From the human T2T-CHM13v2.0 reference genome, Homo sapiens: a stretch of DNA of 64,000 bases. The translations under genes were made by a program, and so were the position numbers. The stretch is from assembly GCF_009914755.1 (NCBI RefSeq), contig NC_060931.1; one strand, given 5' to 3'. The notes below the pieces were generated by a model. It did no database searches, had not been told where the DNA came from, and saw only the letters and a program-made list of their open reading frames with translations. This document shows, piece after piece, positions 1-13,870 of this stretch (its first letter is position 1; every line of letters begins with the position of its first letter).

Positions 1-282
1 AAAAGTTAAAGGTTAAACCATAAACAGCAGTTCAGCGGTATGGCTGTATAGGCCAAAGGCCAAAATTTCACAAATAGAAATTATCACCTCTCGCTTTTCT
101 GTAATAATGAGTATAGATGTACATGATCAATCCCAGCACCAAACAATTGAGAACTTAATACTTGGTCTTGGTACCATCTTCTCCTTTCCCCATTGCTCCT
201 GTCTGAAAGGAGAGGGAGGTGGGAGAACAAAGCCACCAAACTGCCAGTATGAACGCTGACTTTCGATTCCAGCCCACCTTCT

Positions 283-303
283 ACCTCCAGACTAGGTGGC
301 TCA

Positions 304-342
<39 letters not shown>

Positions 343-381
343 ACACACAGAAGCCCAGGCACCTCCAGACTAGGCTGCTCA

Positions 382-418
<37 letters not shown>

Positions 419-436
419 ACACACAGAAGCCCAGGC
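283..436. repeat. Two-copy tandem duplication (78+76 bp), each copy containing a (GT)17-18 microsatellite
   Basis: acctccagactagg..gctcacag(tg)n tcacacacagaagcccaggc at 283-360 and again at 361-436. Confidence 0.95.
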
Positions 437-467
437 ACAAAGCAGAGACAAGGGACATATTTCCTAC

Positions 468-591
468 CTTTCTATTTTGGGATTGCAATATGCCTCTTCA
501 ATAAGTTCCATGTTGTCCAAATCCTCCCATTTGCCTCTATCCAAGAATTGCCATCGATACGGCAAATGGAAATGAACTCTATGGCACTTAT
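468..591 (-). CDS. PARP12: PARP12 coding exon 5 (end of last CCCH finger/start of WWE region; DKCHRVHFHLPYRWQFLDRGKWEDLDNMELIEEAYCNPKIER); gene continues beyond left edge
   Basis: Acceptor tttcAG at 593-592, donor AG|GTAGG at 467-466; 124 nt, phase 1 to 2, in frame with exon 4. Confidence 0.95.
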
Positions 592-784
592 CTGAAATAA
601 AAACATAAAGGAGTAAGATAGCTGGGCAATACACAGCATGCCCTAGCCTTGTGGTTGTCAACAGGTGTGGTGCTGCCCACTGACCTGGGAACATTCTGAA
701 ATGTGTGGTGGAGTCTGTTTTTTCAGTGCCGGCATGCCTGAGCATTTAGATACAGAAACACTTTTTGCATTTTATTATATACAT

Positions 785-1167
785 TGCTATGATTTAAATG
801 TCTGTCCCTTCTAAAACTCTTGTTACAACTTAATCGCCAATGTGATAGTATTGAGCGGTAAGGCCTTTAAGAGGTGACTGGGTCATAGATAAATGGATTA
901 ATGGGTGTATGGGTTATCATGAGAGTGGAACTGGTGGCTTTATAAGAGGAAGCGAGACCTGAGCTAGCATGGTCAGCCCCCTTGCCATGTGATGCCCTGC
1001 AGCACCTCAGGACTCTGCAGTCCCCACCAGCAAGAAGGCCCTCATCAGATGCAGGCCCTTGACAACCTGGACTTCTCAGCCTCCATATAGGTAAGACATA
1101 AATTCCTTTTCTTTATAAATTATCCAGTTTCAGGTACTCTGTTATAAGCAACAAAATGGACTAAGAC
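785..1167 (+). mobile_element. MaLR solo LTR (MST-like)
   Basis: Starts tgctatgatttaaatgtctgtccc, ends ttataagcaacaaaatggactaagaca, both typical MST termini. Confidence 0.75.
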
Positions 1168-1211
1168 ATACATCTTCCTTCTTTATGTCTCACTTTTTAA
1201 CAGGACCTTAC

Positions 1212-1539
<328 letters not shown>

Positions 1540-1578
1540 TGAACTTTATTTAATGAGAGTAAGAAGCTGATTATGCGA

Positions 1579-1610
1579 AGGTCAAAGGTCTCATCACTGC
1601 AGGGGGCAGT
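1579..1610 (+). promoter_or_regulatory. DR1 nuclear-receptor element next to a CTCF-like motif (PARP12 intron 4)
   Basis: AGGTCAaAGGTCT at 1579-1591; CACTGCAGGGGGCAG at 1595-1609; motif match only. Confidence 0.3.
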
Positions 1611-4269
1611 CTGACTCCTCAATATCACTCTCTGTGTGGCAGGTGGACGGGCAGAGATCACAGCAAAGATGGAGCCAGATTCATCCCTACCAGAAATCCA
1701 TCCCAACCCAACACGTCCAACTGAAGGCAGGTCAGCAGCATGGTTACAGGCTCCTTGCATCTCTTCTGGCTAACAACATGCTCACTCCTTCCCTGACACT
1801 CTCCCACCAACATCCACACAATGGCCCAGACCTATGGGTTCCGGTGAGCTGCTCCCCTCACCAACCCCATGTTCCTCCTGGGCAGCCAGATCCTCACTTC
1901 TCTCATCACTCCAAGCACACGCTGCCTGCCCTGTCTTTGCTGGTGCCTGCCACCACCGGGAACGCCACCCACACCCTCTCCCTACCTGTCAACAGCCTAT
2001 GTGAGGTTCTGCTATATCCACACAGAGAAGTGTCATGAGAGGACAGGGAGAAAGGAGAGAAAAAGAATGAGAAGCTCTTTGCACTGTGACATGCAGCTAG
2101 CTACCTCTGAGATATTTGCTCTAAGGCAGGAAGATAGAGAACAAGGTGCAGAATGCCTCTATTTGGGTAAAAAATAGAAAAAAAAGTAAGTTTAGACATA
2201 TTCTAACTAAACACACACACATGCACATATTATTTCTTGCAGAGGGAACCTGGTAACTGGAGACAAAGTTATAAGCAAAGACTTCTGTCATTTTGGCATG
2301 TTTTGAACTTTGAACCACAAGAAGATATAATATATTCCAAAAATTATACATCTAATTAAGTGAAAAAGGTAGAAAGCCATGCTAGCGTGCCTGTGTAAGG
2401 AAACTGAACAGACACATACCCTTGTACACGTATACAGTCTCGATGAAAGGATATTCAAAGAATGGATAATTATGGCTGTTTCTTGGAGGGGACTTGAGTT
2501 CTGGAGAAAACTGGTGTGAGGGCGACTTATTTCTTACTGAGTGTCCTTTGTACATTTTTAATTTGTATTTCAAAATAATAATGAAACTAGCTAATTTGAT
2601 ACTTGAAAAAAATTAAAATTTTCTAAAATTGTGTGCATTCTTTCAGGCACATCTCAATGCCACTTCTTTCCCAGGCTCTGCAAAAGCACCTGGTGGGGGA
2701 AGTCCCATGGAGGAGGGTGGGAGGGTGCCTGGGATTGTGTGATCAGGTATGGGGCCGAGCAGACAGGGCAGAAGAGAGTGCCAGGCTGAGAGGACTGAGG
2801 GAACAAGGTGGGGACACCCAAGCAAGGAAACTCCTCTAAGTGCAACAAGGCTGAAAACAGCCACACCAGGGACTGAAGATCTCCTAACTTGTCCAGTTTG
2901 AACATGGACAGCTCACTAGGTCAGGAACCTCTTGAACTCTCTCAAGCAGGTGTGTACACAACAGATAATTAAAGGGCTGGGCCAGGAAAGACAAATAGCT
3001 ATGGTCCAAGGTCACAACCAACCAGTTCCTGTTCCCTCCCTGAAAGGCATTAGAGGAAATGATCAGGGATGAGAGCAGAAGGCCACCCCAGGGCATCCCA
3101 GTAGTCAAATGCTATACCTACAAACCCCAGGCACAGGTGTACTATGGACAGCCTGAGACAGGATCTCCCTGCAAACAGGCACATCCTGGGGAAGGTGCAC
3201 TCCTTAGGGCCCTCCAGGCTGATGCTTCCTCAGGAAGGACATGGGGGCCAGGGGAATGCACTATAATCAAACAGCAGGCCTGAGGCTTCCGTTCTGAAAC
3301 AAAGCTGAGCTATAGACCACACTGTTCACAGCTGGAAGGTGCCCAGGACAGGAGGCACCAGGTAAGCCACTGCAGCCACAGCAGCTGGTGAGAGCCTAGT
3401 CCCAGCACAGCGGTAGAGACATAAGGTCCTTTCCCTTGTCCTGGTCTTCCTGTCCCCTTTCTCAACTTCTTTTCCCGCCTTCTAATGTTCCCTACCTCAC
3501 GTTGGCATTCCAGGGGCTTTCTAGGACGTGAGTCATAGAAATCAAATCAATTTGGCAGACAAAACACCACATCCACCCCAGCCCTTCCTCCCTATAGTCC
3601 TTGAAATAACAGGCCAGAGAGAATAATAAATCCAAAAGCACTGGAAAACAATAAAAAATACCATCAAAAGACCAGAATTATTCAAGAATTGCTAAAACTA
3701 TGGAGCAATGAGAATCAAATAGATATAAAAAGAAGAGAGAAAAATGCAGACAAAATGTGCAGAACATACCACAGAAGTAGAAAAGATCTGGGGTCATCAC
3801 AGATTCAGAGTCAGATGAAGCCAGGAGCAAGAACGATACCCAGGCCAATCCCAATGAGAACAATGGGAGCCCCTGGCAGAGGCACTCCCTTCCCCTAACT
3901 TGCTTGTGTGAAGGAAGCTTGCTGTGCACTTCCTAGTTAAACTAAGTGTGAATATAAGGGTTAGAGCAAGAGAAAAGCAAATGAGACGGCCACCAAAGCC
4001 CCCGTCCCAGTCCTAGGCTACATGCCAGCCTCCCACCTCACCAAGCAGGACCTTCTGCCTCTTCCCCACCATCACTAGAATGAGGGCCTGGAATCCAAAT
4101 CAGCCCCATGGAAATCAACCAACAGGTATACGGGATTCTCAAGCACCAACGTGACAGACAACCAAGAGTCGCTCAACACATGAAGGAAAACAATTCAAAG
4201 AGAGGCAGCAACTCACACAGAAACAGCGATACCTAAGGACAGAATGATCAGAGTTAAGAGAACAAGTAT

Positions 4270-4750
4270 TCACAGCTAGACTTCAACCTAAAAGCCTAGC
4301 CCCTGAAACTTCTAGGAAAACACCATAAGAGAAAACATTCTGTAGGCTTAGAATAGGCAAATATTTTTAGGATACAAAAAACACAAACCATAAAAGAAAA
4401 AAAATATTATCTGGACACCACTATTAAAATACCTGTACACTATAAAGGAAATAAACATGAAAGACTGGAAGGATATATCTTCAGTATAAATCATATACAA
4501 AACACAACTCAATAAGAGATCAAATAACCCAATAAAAATGGGTATAACTGTCACTAAAGACCAATACTGTATGATTCCATTTATATGAAATATTCAAGCA
4601 AATCTATAGAGATGGAACCTTCATCTGTAGTCATCAGGAGCTGGGGGGAGGGAAGACTGCTAATGAAGACGGGGTTACTTTGGGGGTGTTGAAAATGTTT
4701 TCATATTGCCTATGATGATGGCTGCCCAATTCTGTGTTAATATTACATAT
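4270..4750 (+). mobile_element. Old L1M fragments (left of HSMAR2)
   Basis: A-rich L1 ORF2/3'UTR-like text (tgtatgattccatttatatgaaat...). Confidence 0.55.
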
Positions 4751-4751
4751 G

Positions 4752-6317
<1,566 letters not shown>

Positions 6318-6355
<38 letters not shown>
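6318..6355. repeat. (TG)n microsatellite abutting the HSMAR2 terminus
   Basis: Direct reading. Confidence 0.95.
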
Positions 6356-6358
<3 letters not shown>

Positions 6359-6359
6359 G

Positions 6360-7190
6360 CTGTTATATAAAAAATAGGCAAAAGATTTGAGTAGATACTT
6401 CACAGAAAATATACAGATGCCCCAAAAGTACATGTAAATAAAAGTTAAACATCATTAATCATCAGGGAAATGCAAATTAAAACCACGAGACATCATCACT
6501 CACTGATTAGAATGGCTAAAACTTAAAAGACAATGCCAAGTGTTAGCAAGAATATACAATAACTGAAACTCTCACACGTTGCTGGTGGGAACATAAAATA
6601 TTATTATCTATTTTGGAAGACAGTTTGGCAGTTTCTTACAAAGTCAATCACATGACATAACCCAGTAACTATGTCTGTCTTTTACCCAAGAGAAATGGAA
6701 ACATATATCCACATGAAAACTTATACATAAATATTTATAGAAGTTGTATTTGTAAAAGCCAAAAACTGGCAACAACCCAAATGTTCATCAACATATGAAT
6801 GGATAAACAAATTGCAGTCAATCATGCAATGGAATACTACTGTGCAATAAAAAGAAACAAATGATTGATATGCCAGCATGACTGAATCTCAAAAACATGC
6901 TGATGAGAGAAGCCAGGCACAAGATAATACACTGTATGATTCCATGTATGTGAAATTCTAGAAAAGGCAAATCTAATCTATAGTGACAAAAAGTAGATCA
7001 GGGGTTTCCTGGGCGTGACAAACTAGGGGGTGAGGATTAATTATAAAGGAGCATAAAACAATGTTTTTGGAGGGGGTTCCATATCTTGATGGTAGAGATG
7101 GTTACATGAGCATATATACTTATCAAAACTCAGTATACATTTAAAATGGTACACTTTAGCTTGTGTAAACTATAGCTCAGTAATATTGCT
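6360..7190 (+). mobile_element. Old L1M (ME/MC-like) 3' portion
   Basis: cagggaaatgcaaattaaaaccac..., caacccaaatgttcatcaac..., aatggaatactac... L1 ORF2-end/3'UTR motifs. Confidence 0.75.
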
Positions 7191-8247
7191 TTCAGAATAC
7201 ACATATATATGTGTGTGTATATATATATAGCTCATATTCCTTGACCTATCATTCCATTCCCCAGAATCTATCTATGGAAATACTCACATATATGTACTTC
7301 AATGCTCAATGGAACATCATTATAATCAACTACTACACACTTGTTTTTAAAATGAGGTGGACTTTCACATACTGACATGGAAAAAAAATCTCCAAGATAC
7401 AATGTTAAGATGCAGATTGAATAATAACATTATCACATGCTCCTATCTGTTTAAAAACATATAAAACAAATATCACAACCACACGGGAAGTGTTTACCTT
7501 TGGGCAAAGACGATGGAGGACTTCATGCTTCACTCTGTATTACTGAACTGTTTTACAGAGTGAAAGTATTCATTAATTGCTTGGGTAATTTTTAAAAACT
7601 GAAAATGAAACAAGAAGTTTGGTGGTTGTCAAGGGGAGTCACCAAATTTGAGAACAAACCTTTCTTCAGTCAAAGCCCAGGACAGCATTTAAGAAGAAAA
7701 CAAAGGTTTAGTGAAAATACAGACACGCACATGCACACCAGAATTGCTGCTTCTGATAAAAAAGAGATCACTGGATTGTTCACTGGATCAATACAGAAAA
7801 AAAACCCCAATTTAAACAACTACTCATCCTCCAAGAGCTAACACAAGTGTTTCCTTCGCAGTGAGGTCCTTTCCAGTTTCTAAGGGAGCTCTCAGCCTAT
7901 CATCACCCTTATCTTTGTTCCCACCAGGCTGAGCAGTTCCCTGTCCTGTGCAGGTCTGTGACCTCATGCTAAGCTGACCAAGGCTCAATACTTGACACTC
8001 ATTTGGTGCATGAACCAGTTATGTTCCCAAAAATGATCCACATTTAATTTCTGAAAACTCAAAGAATTGCTACCATCTTCAACTCCCCAACAAAATACCT
8101 TCAGAATTGGTTTGGCCAAAGTGCCAAGCCCTGATCCTCTCCGGATGGGGTAGAGGTTTGGTAGGGGGTGACTTCAGAGCACAGCTCTGGGAATGACAAG
8201 CAGTTACCCCTCCCACAAGTGGAATGAAGGAGCCTCTTCCAACTTAC

Positions 8248-8349
8248 CTTGAAAGCTACAACTTTTCCGGATATGGTACAAACAGATCTGATCACCCTCC
8301 TCCTGGCTAAGAGTGTTTGGGGACACAGAACCTGAACTGTCTTTTCTTT
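8248..8349 (-). CDS. PARP12: PARP12 coding exon 4 (ERKDSSGSVSPNTLSQEEGDQICLYHIRKSCSFQ)
   Basis: Acceptor tttgcAG 8351-8350, donor AAG|GTAAGT 8247-8246; 102 nt, phase 1 to 1. Confidence 0.95.
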
Positions 8350-9849
8350 CTGCAAAGAAACACCACAAAGATATGTCAGCTTCTGATATGGGGTATAAAA
8401 GAGAGTTAAAGAGGATTCATTCAGTTCTCTGCACAAAAGTGGGCAACGCAAGCTCACAAAGCCCTATCGTGTTTGGGGTGAAAGTGCTCCTACACAGGTG
8501 GATCCTCTACTTTTTAGTGACAGGCTGGCAGCCTGACGCCACATGGCTGCTTGCCAGATCCAGGACTCCATGAAGGGGACTCCTTTCTCAACTCTCGCTG
8601 TCCATTCAATTCACTAGGAGACCCATTTAAAAACACAAGTGCCTGATTCTGCCCTAGACTGACTTCACTCCAGACTGACTGAATCAGAACCTCCAGGGGT
8701 GGGACTTGGGACACTTTTGTAATAAGGGGAGAACCATTGTCTTACATGTTGAGGCATCTTACAATTCCTTCTATGCCTAAGGTTGTGATGACCCCTGAGG
8801 GCAAACAGAGGGCTAATTTTATAAACTAGATTTGAAGCTATATAGCAAACATTCATTAATGAACTATCAGAATTGGGTACTAATACCAAGACAAGAGTAA
8901 TAAAAAGAAAGTCCACATTTCAAAATGAAGCCCCTTTAATTAATTTTAGGTTAATTATCAGGATCTTAATATAAAAAGGGCACATAAATCCTTTCTATTT
9001 TACCTTTACTAGCACCATGCCAATGAGTCTTTACCTATGACATTTACCCTCACCCAGCTAACCCCAATGAGCACATAAAATTAATTTGCAATCCCTATTT
9101 AGTGTCACCTGTCGTTATTCATCTTCCCTTTTCTTTTTATAAGCCCCTGAGATACTTCACTCAAAATCTAGGTCTATGGGACCCCGAAGGTCATCTCCCT
9201 CTCTCCCGACGATGGTGACTGCTCTTGCAGCTGACATCACTGGCAGTGGATCCCTCCTCCCTTTCTGACAAGGCTATAATCCAACTGTATTCAAGGCTGT
9301 AAGATACTCCTAAAGATCTATTTAATACAAAACCTGTCTACTTCTAGGATTCCTACAACTGAAAGAAATCAACAAAACATAATTGAAGACAATGTAAAGA
9401 AAAAACAAATTCAAAAGACAACTTTTAAATATAAAAGTCAGGTACAATTAGAGTGGTGCTTTTGTTTGCAGGTAGTCCTGGCATGCAACTGACATTCTAG
9501 GAAGTGCTCTATTAAAATTGTAGCCACCACTACAGCTGAGAGGGTTTGATTCTGCTCTGAGGGGAGGCATGTCTCAGCTTCGCCAAGGAATAACCAGCAC
9601 CCAAGACAGCGCCCAGCATGTGGCAAGCACACAAAGGTGCTGAATGAAAGAGTGGGTAACAGAATGGCCAGCCAATGGCTGATACTGTGAAATCCAATGA
9701 ATGCCAGTGTATCATCATCTCCCTGACAGACCACATTATTCATCTGCCCCACAAGAGGTACTCAAGAAATGCTTATTAAATAAAAATCTCTGTTCAAAAT
9801 CTGCCTGTCACTAAACCTGACAGTCTTTTTTAAAAAATAAGTATCCTAG

Positions 9850-9935
9850 CACACTCATTCATTCAACAAATGTCAGAGTACCTACTGTGGGCCAGGCACT
9901 GTCTAGGTGCTGGAGATGAGCAGGGAACAAAGCAA
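9850..9935. mobile_element. L2 3'-end fragment
   Basis: cattcattcaacaaat...tactgtgggccaggcactgtctaggtgctgg. Confidence 0.6.
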
Positions 9936-10405
9936 ATTTACAATGGCTCAAAAACTCTACTTATTGATGTCAGGAATACAGCCAATGCCATAATTAAGGT
10001 ATGCTTCTTTCACTCATTTTGTAAAATCAGAATACAACACAAGGAATGCTCCCCAGAGCTGTGCAGCACAGCATTCCTAACTTTGGGTTCCTCCCTGAAG
10101 AGCATGCTCTCGTGGGGGTGAAGATAGGGGTGACTGCACAGGGGGAGGAGCCAAGTCTCCCATTTCAGTGCAGACTAGGCCCATCCAGAATTCACTCACC
10201 ATCAATACCAATTCACATTTGTCTAGGATGGCATGCTTGATCAAGTCTATGATTTCAACTTATCCTCACCCGCGCACTCCCTGCCTTGTTAGGAAAGCAT
10301 CATCAACTCCATTTTACTAAAAGCAGCACCAGACTTGCCCAAAGTCACACATTCCATGTAATGGCTAGCTGGAATCCGGGAACCCCCAGCCCAGGACCTC
10401 CCGTG

Positions 10406-10443
10406 CTCCCCACCAGCCTTACCACTCCCCACCAGCCTTACCA
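10406..10443. repeat. Perfect 19-bp tandem duplication overlapping the PARP12 exon-3 donor
   Basis: ctccccaccagccttacca at 10406-10424 and 10425-10443. Confidence 0.97.
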
Positions 10444-10739
10444 GAAGTCCCCTGTGGGACAAAAAGAGGAGGCACTCTGCTGGGGGCAGAGCTCTTATTC
10501 TTGATGTCATGTGCATTTCTATAAATGGTAGGCAGCCTGCTCACCAGGTCTGAGCTCATACCCAACTTCTCCAATTTTTCCAGATTCTCAGAATTAGAGA
10601 AATCATGGGATCTCTTACAGCTAGTGCCAAACTTGCATTCCCCCTGTAAAAAATACTGGCAGATATGGAGCTTGATGCACTGCTTTTGAAAGGCACAAGA
10701 GCCGTGGGGTCCATCTCCTTTGTTGTAATGTTGGCAAAT
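10442..10739 (-). CDS. PARP12: PARP12 coding exon 3 (ICQHYNKGDGPHGSCAFQKQCIKLHICQYFLQGECKFGTSCKRSH...VPQGTS; CCCH fingers)
   Basis: Acceptor caacAG 10741-10740, donor CTG|GTAAGG 10441-10440; 298 nt, phase 0 to 1. Confidence 0.95.
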
Positions 10740-11484
10740 CTGTTGACAGAGAGGGAAAAAACCACCAGTTCAGGAAGGTCTCACACGACACCACCTCCCC
10801 AGTGGCCAGTCCACTGGTGAGAAAGGGGCTTCACAAGCTGTGATTCCATCATCCACACAGAACACAGCTATTACATCCCTCACTCTAGATGACGGCTGCT
10901 AACAAATGCCCTTGGCTAAAAGGGGAACGAAATGGAAAGGAGACTGCACAGAATCAGCCCCTCCACTGGGAAAATCCAAGAACTTCAAAGTGACTAGAGC
11001 TGCTCCTTTCACATGAGACAATGCAAATCAAATGGCTACATCCTAAGGACCTCTACAATCTACCTATACTCTTCCCACACTGACTCATCAACTCTCCCTT
11101 CCCCAAGCCCCAGTTTTCTCTGAGCTCTCTTTTCTACAATTCAAAGTCAAAGAGGCTCTGAGGGCTTAAAGCATCTTAGAGAAGGCCAAATACCACCCTT
11201 TCATTTCTCAATGGAGCACACTGAGAGGCTCAGAGAAGTTAAAGAATCAGCCCTAGTCGCACAGCTATCCATGGCATCTGTGTGATGTTTGTGGAACTGG
11301 GTTGTTGGCAAAGCTGGCCCTTGAACTTCACTGCTCCTTCTGCTCCACATTCCAAATTTCTGCAGGTGGAAACCAGACCAGAGATCACCAAGGGCCCACC
11401 CATTCCACTCCCAGTCATTACATTTCCCAAGACACAGGAATGTCCCCAGGGAGCTGTGGAACCCAGACTTCCCCTGGCACTCAC

Positions 11485-11620
11485 TTCTGGCAAAAGCCAG
11501 GGGTCGTTCTGAAACAAGAGTTGGCATAGCTCATTATAGCTCAGGTGGTCAACGCCATGAGTTCTCAGCACACTCAGGTTGTGTTCGGTTGTCAAGCTGT
11601 GACTATTCCTACAGTTCTTC
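11485..11620 (-). CDS. PARP12: PARP12 coding exon 2 (KNCRNSHSLTTEHNLSVLRTHGVDHLSYNELCQLLFQNDPWLLPE)
   Basis: Acceptor tttgcAG 11622-11621, donor GAA|GTGAGT 11484-11483; 136 nt, phase 2 to 0. Confidence 0.95.
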
Positions 11621-11640
11621 CTGCAAAGAAGCAGAGCTGG

Positions 11641-12313
11641 TGTTATATGTCGAATTGAGTCTCCTCAAAATTTCTATGTTGGAGTCCTAACTCCCACGAC
11701 CTCAGGATATGGCTCTATTTGGAAAGAAGGTCTCTAAAGAGGTAATTAAGTTAAAAAGAGGTCCATAGGGTGGGCCCCAAACCCACAAGACTACTGTCCT
11801 TATAAGAAGAGATTTGGCTAAGCACGGTGGCTCATGCCCGTAATCCCAGCACTTTGGGAGGCCGAGGCAGGAGGATCACGAGGTCAGGAGATTGAGACCA
11901 TCCTGGCTAACACAGTGAAACCCCGTCTCTACTAAAAATATAAAAAATTAGCGGGGCGTGGTGGTGAGCGCATGTAGTCCCAGCTACTCTGGAGGCTGAG
12001 GCAGAAGAATGGCATGAACCCGAGAGGCGGAGCTTGCAGTGAGCCACTGCACTCCAGCCTGGGCAACAGAGTGAGACTCAGTCTCAAAAAAAAAAAAAAG
12101 AAGAGATTGGGGCACAGACACACACAGAGGGAAGACCATGCGAGGACATGGTGAGAAGGTGGCCATCTACAAGCCAAGGAGAGGGGCCTCAGAAGAAATC
12201 AACCCTGCCACCTTGATCTCAGACTTCTAGCCTCCAGAACTGTGACAAAATCGATTTCTGTCGTTTAAGCCTCCTAGTCTATGGTACTTTGTTATGGCAG
12301 CGCTGGCAAACTG
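11641..12313 (+). mobile_element. MLT1-type MaLR LTR split by an Alu
   Basis: tgttatatgtcgaattgagtctcctcaaaatttc...gacttctagcctccagaactgtg...tttgttatggcagc. Confidence 0.75.
11816..12099 (+). mobile_element. Alu (AluY-like, small internal deletion)
   Basis: gagaccatcctggctaacac and gcggagcttgcagtgag (Y diagnostics); TSD aagaagagatt. Confidence 0.9.
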
Positions 12314-12399
12314 AAAGCTGATAAAATCAGTCTTCATGACAATTTTTCAGAAACACTTCCTGACAGTATTTACAAGCACCAGAGAAAAACCAGCATGTA

Positions 12400-12712
12400 G
12401 GCTGGGTATGGTGGCTCACGCCTATAATCCCAGGACTCTAGGAGGCCAGGGTGGATGGATCACTTGAGGTCGGGAGTTCGAGACTAGCCTGGCCAACATG
12501 AAGAAAACCTGTATCTACTAAAAATACAAAATTAGCCGGGCGAGGTGGTGCATGCCTGTAATCCCAGCTACTCAGGAGGCTGAGGCAGGACAATCGCTTG
12601 AACCCAGGAGGCGGAGGCCGTGGTGAGCCAAGATTGCGCCATTGCACTCCAGCCTGGGCAACAGGAGCGAGACTCTGTCTCAAAAAAAAAAAAAAGAAAG
12701 AAAAAAAGAAAA
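12400..12712 (+). mobile_element. Alu (AluS-like)
   Basis: Full Alu with TSD agaaaaaccagcatgt. Confidence 0.92.
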
Positions 12713-12946
12713 ACCAGCATGTCTACATGACAACAACAAAAAATCCAATGTGTATTTACCAAGGAGGAGATGGGGCCTTGCAAGGTCTAAGGCCCAGGAC
12801 AGCGCCTCTGAACAAGCATTTGATGAGAATGACAAAGAGGAGTTGCTGCACAGCAGTCAGTCGGTAAGCAGTTAGCCACAGGCTGAATCAATGAGCATGG
12901 CATCTTATCATTATAGGTTACATATGTGCATGCGTGCAGGCGTGTA

Positions 12947-12972
12947 TACACACACACACACACACACACACA
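12947..12972. repeat. (CA)n microsatellite
   Basis: Direct reading. Confidence 0.9.
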
Positions 12973-13629
12973 GAGCCCTGAACCTAGCTTTTTTTTTTTT
13001 GCTCTCTTCCTCCATTCTTTCCATCCACAAGCGTCTGATAAGCACCAGGGTGAGCCAGACATTGGCACCATGCCCTGAGAACCCAAAGATAAACCTTTAA
13101 ATGACTGCCTGAGTCACCAGGACCCAGAAGAGTCAGGCCAACAGCATTTGTTTGACTCTGGCACTGCCATGCCTCCTATGCCACATCTCAGGAGAATGCC
13201 AAACCCTGATCCACCCCAAACCTGCACCTTTTACAGAATCCCCCAGCTCAGTAAAAGGCAACTTCCCTCTCCCACTGCACAGACCAAAAACCCTGAAGCC
13301 ATCCTTGCCTGCTCTCTTTCCCTCATCTAGCGGAGGTGACAGACATAGAGGAGACTCTGATACGGAGTGGAAAGTGCAACGTCAGCTGTTGTCAGAATCT
13401 GTCAGCGCAGAGCGGAAGGGCACCTGAGCCAGTCAGGGCTGGGAGAGAACTGGGGAAGAAATCAGGGGAGCATGCTGGATGGCATAAAGCCTGAGTGGAA
13501 TACTTAAAGGGTGAGGAGGAGACAGCAAGAGAAAGGAAGAACATTCCAGAAGAGGGGCAAATAATTTGGTGCTGCCAGAGCCAAATATATCTAATAAGTG
13601 TAACGATGACTGATGGTAACAATGATAAT

Positions 13630-13870
13630 GACTACTAAAATTTATTGAGCAACTGCCAAATATCGGGGATTGCCAAAATGTTTTATGAGTTAATCATTCA
13701 GTCCTCAACCAGCCTGTGAGGGTAGTAATATCATTAACTCCACTTTGCAGATGAGGGAACTGAGACCTGGAGGTAAAGTCACTTGCCCGAAGCCATCAGC
13801 TAGCAAGGAGCAGAGCCCAGGTTGAAACAAGGTGGGCTGGATCTTGGGACTGTGCCCTAGACCACCAGGC
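13630..13870 (-). mobile_element. MIR
   Basis: ccactttgcagatgagggaactgagacc...aagtcacttgccc MIR core. Confidence 0.65.
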
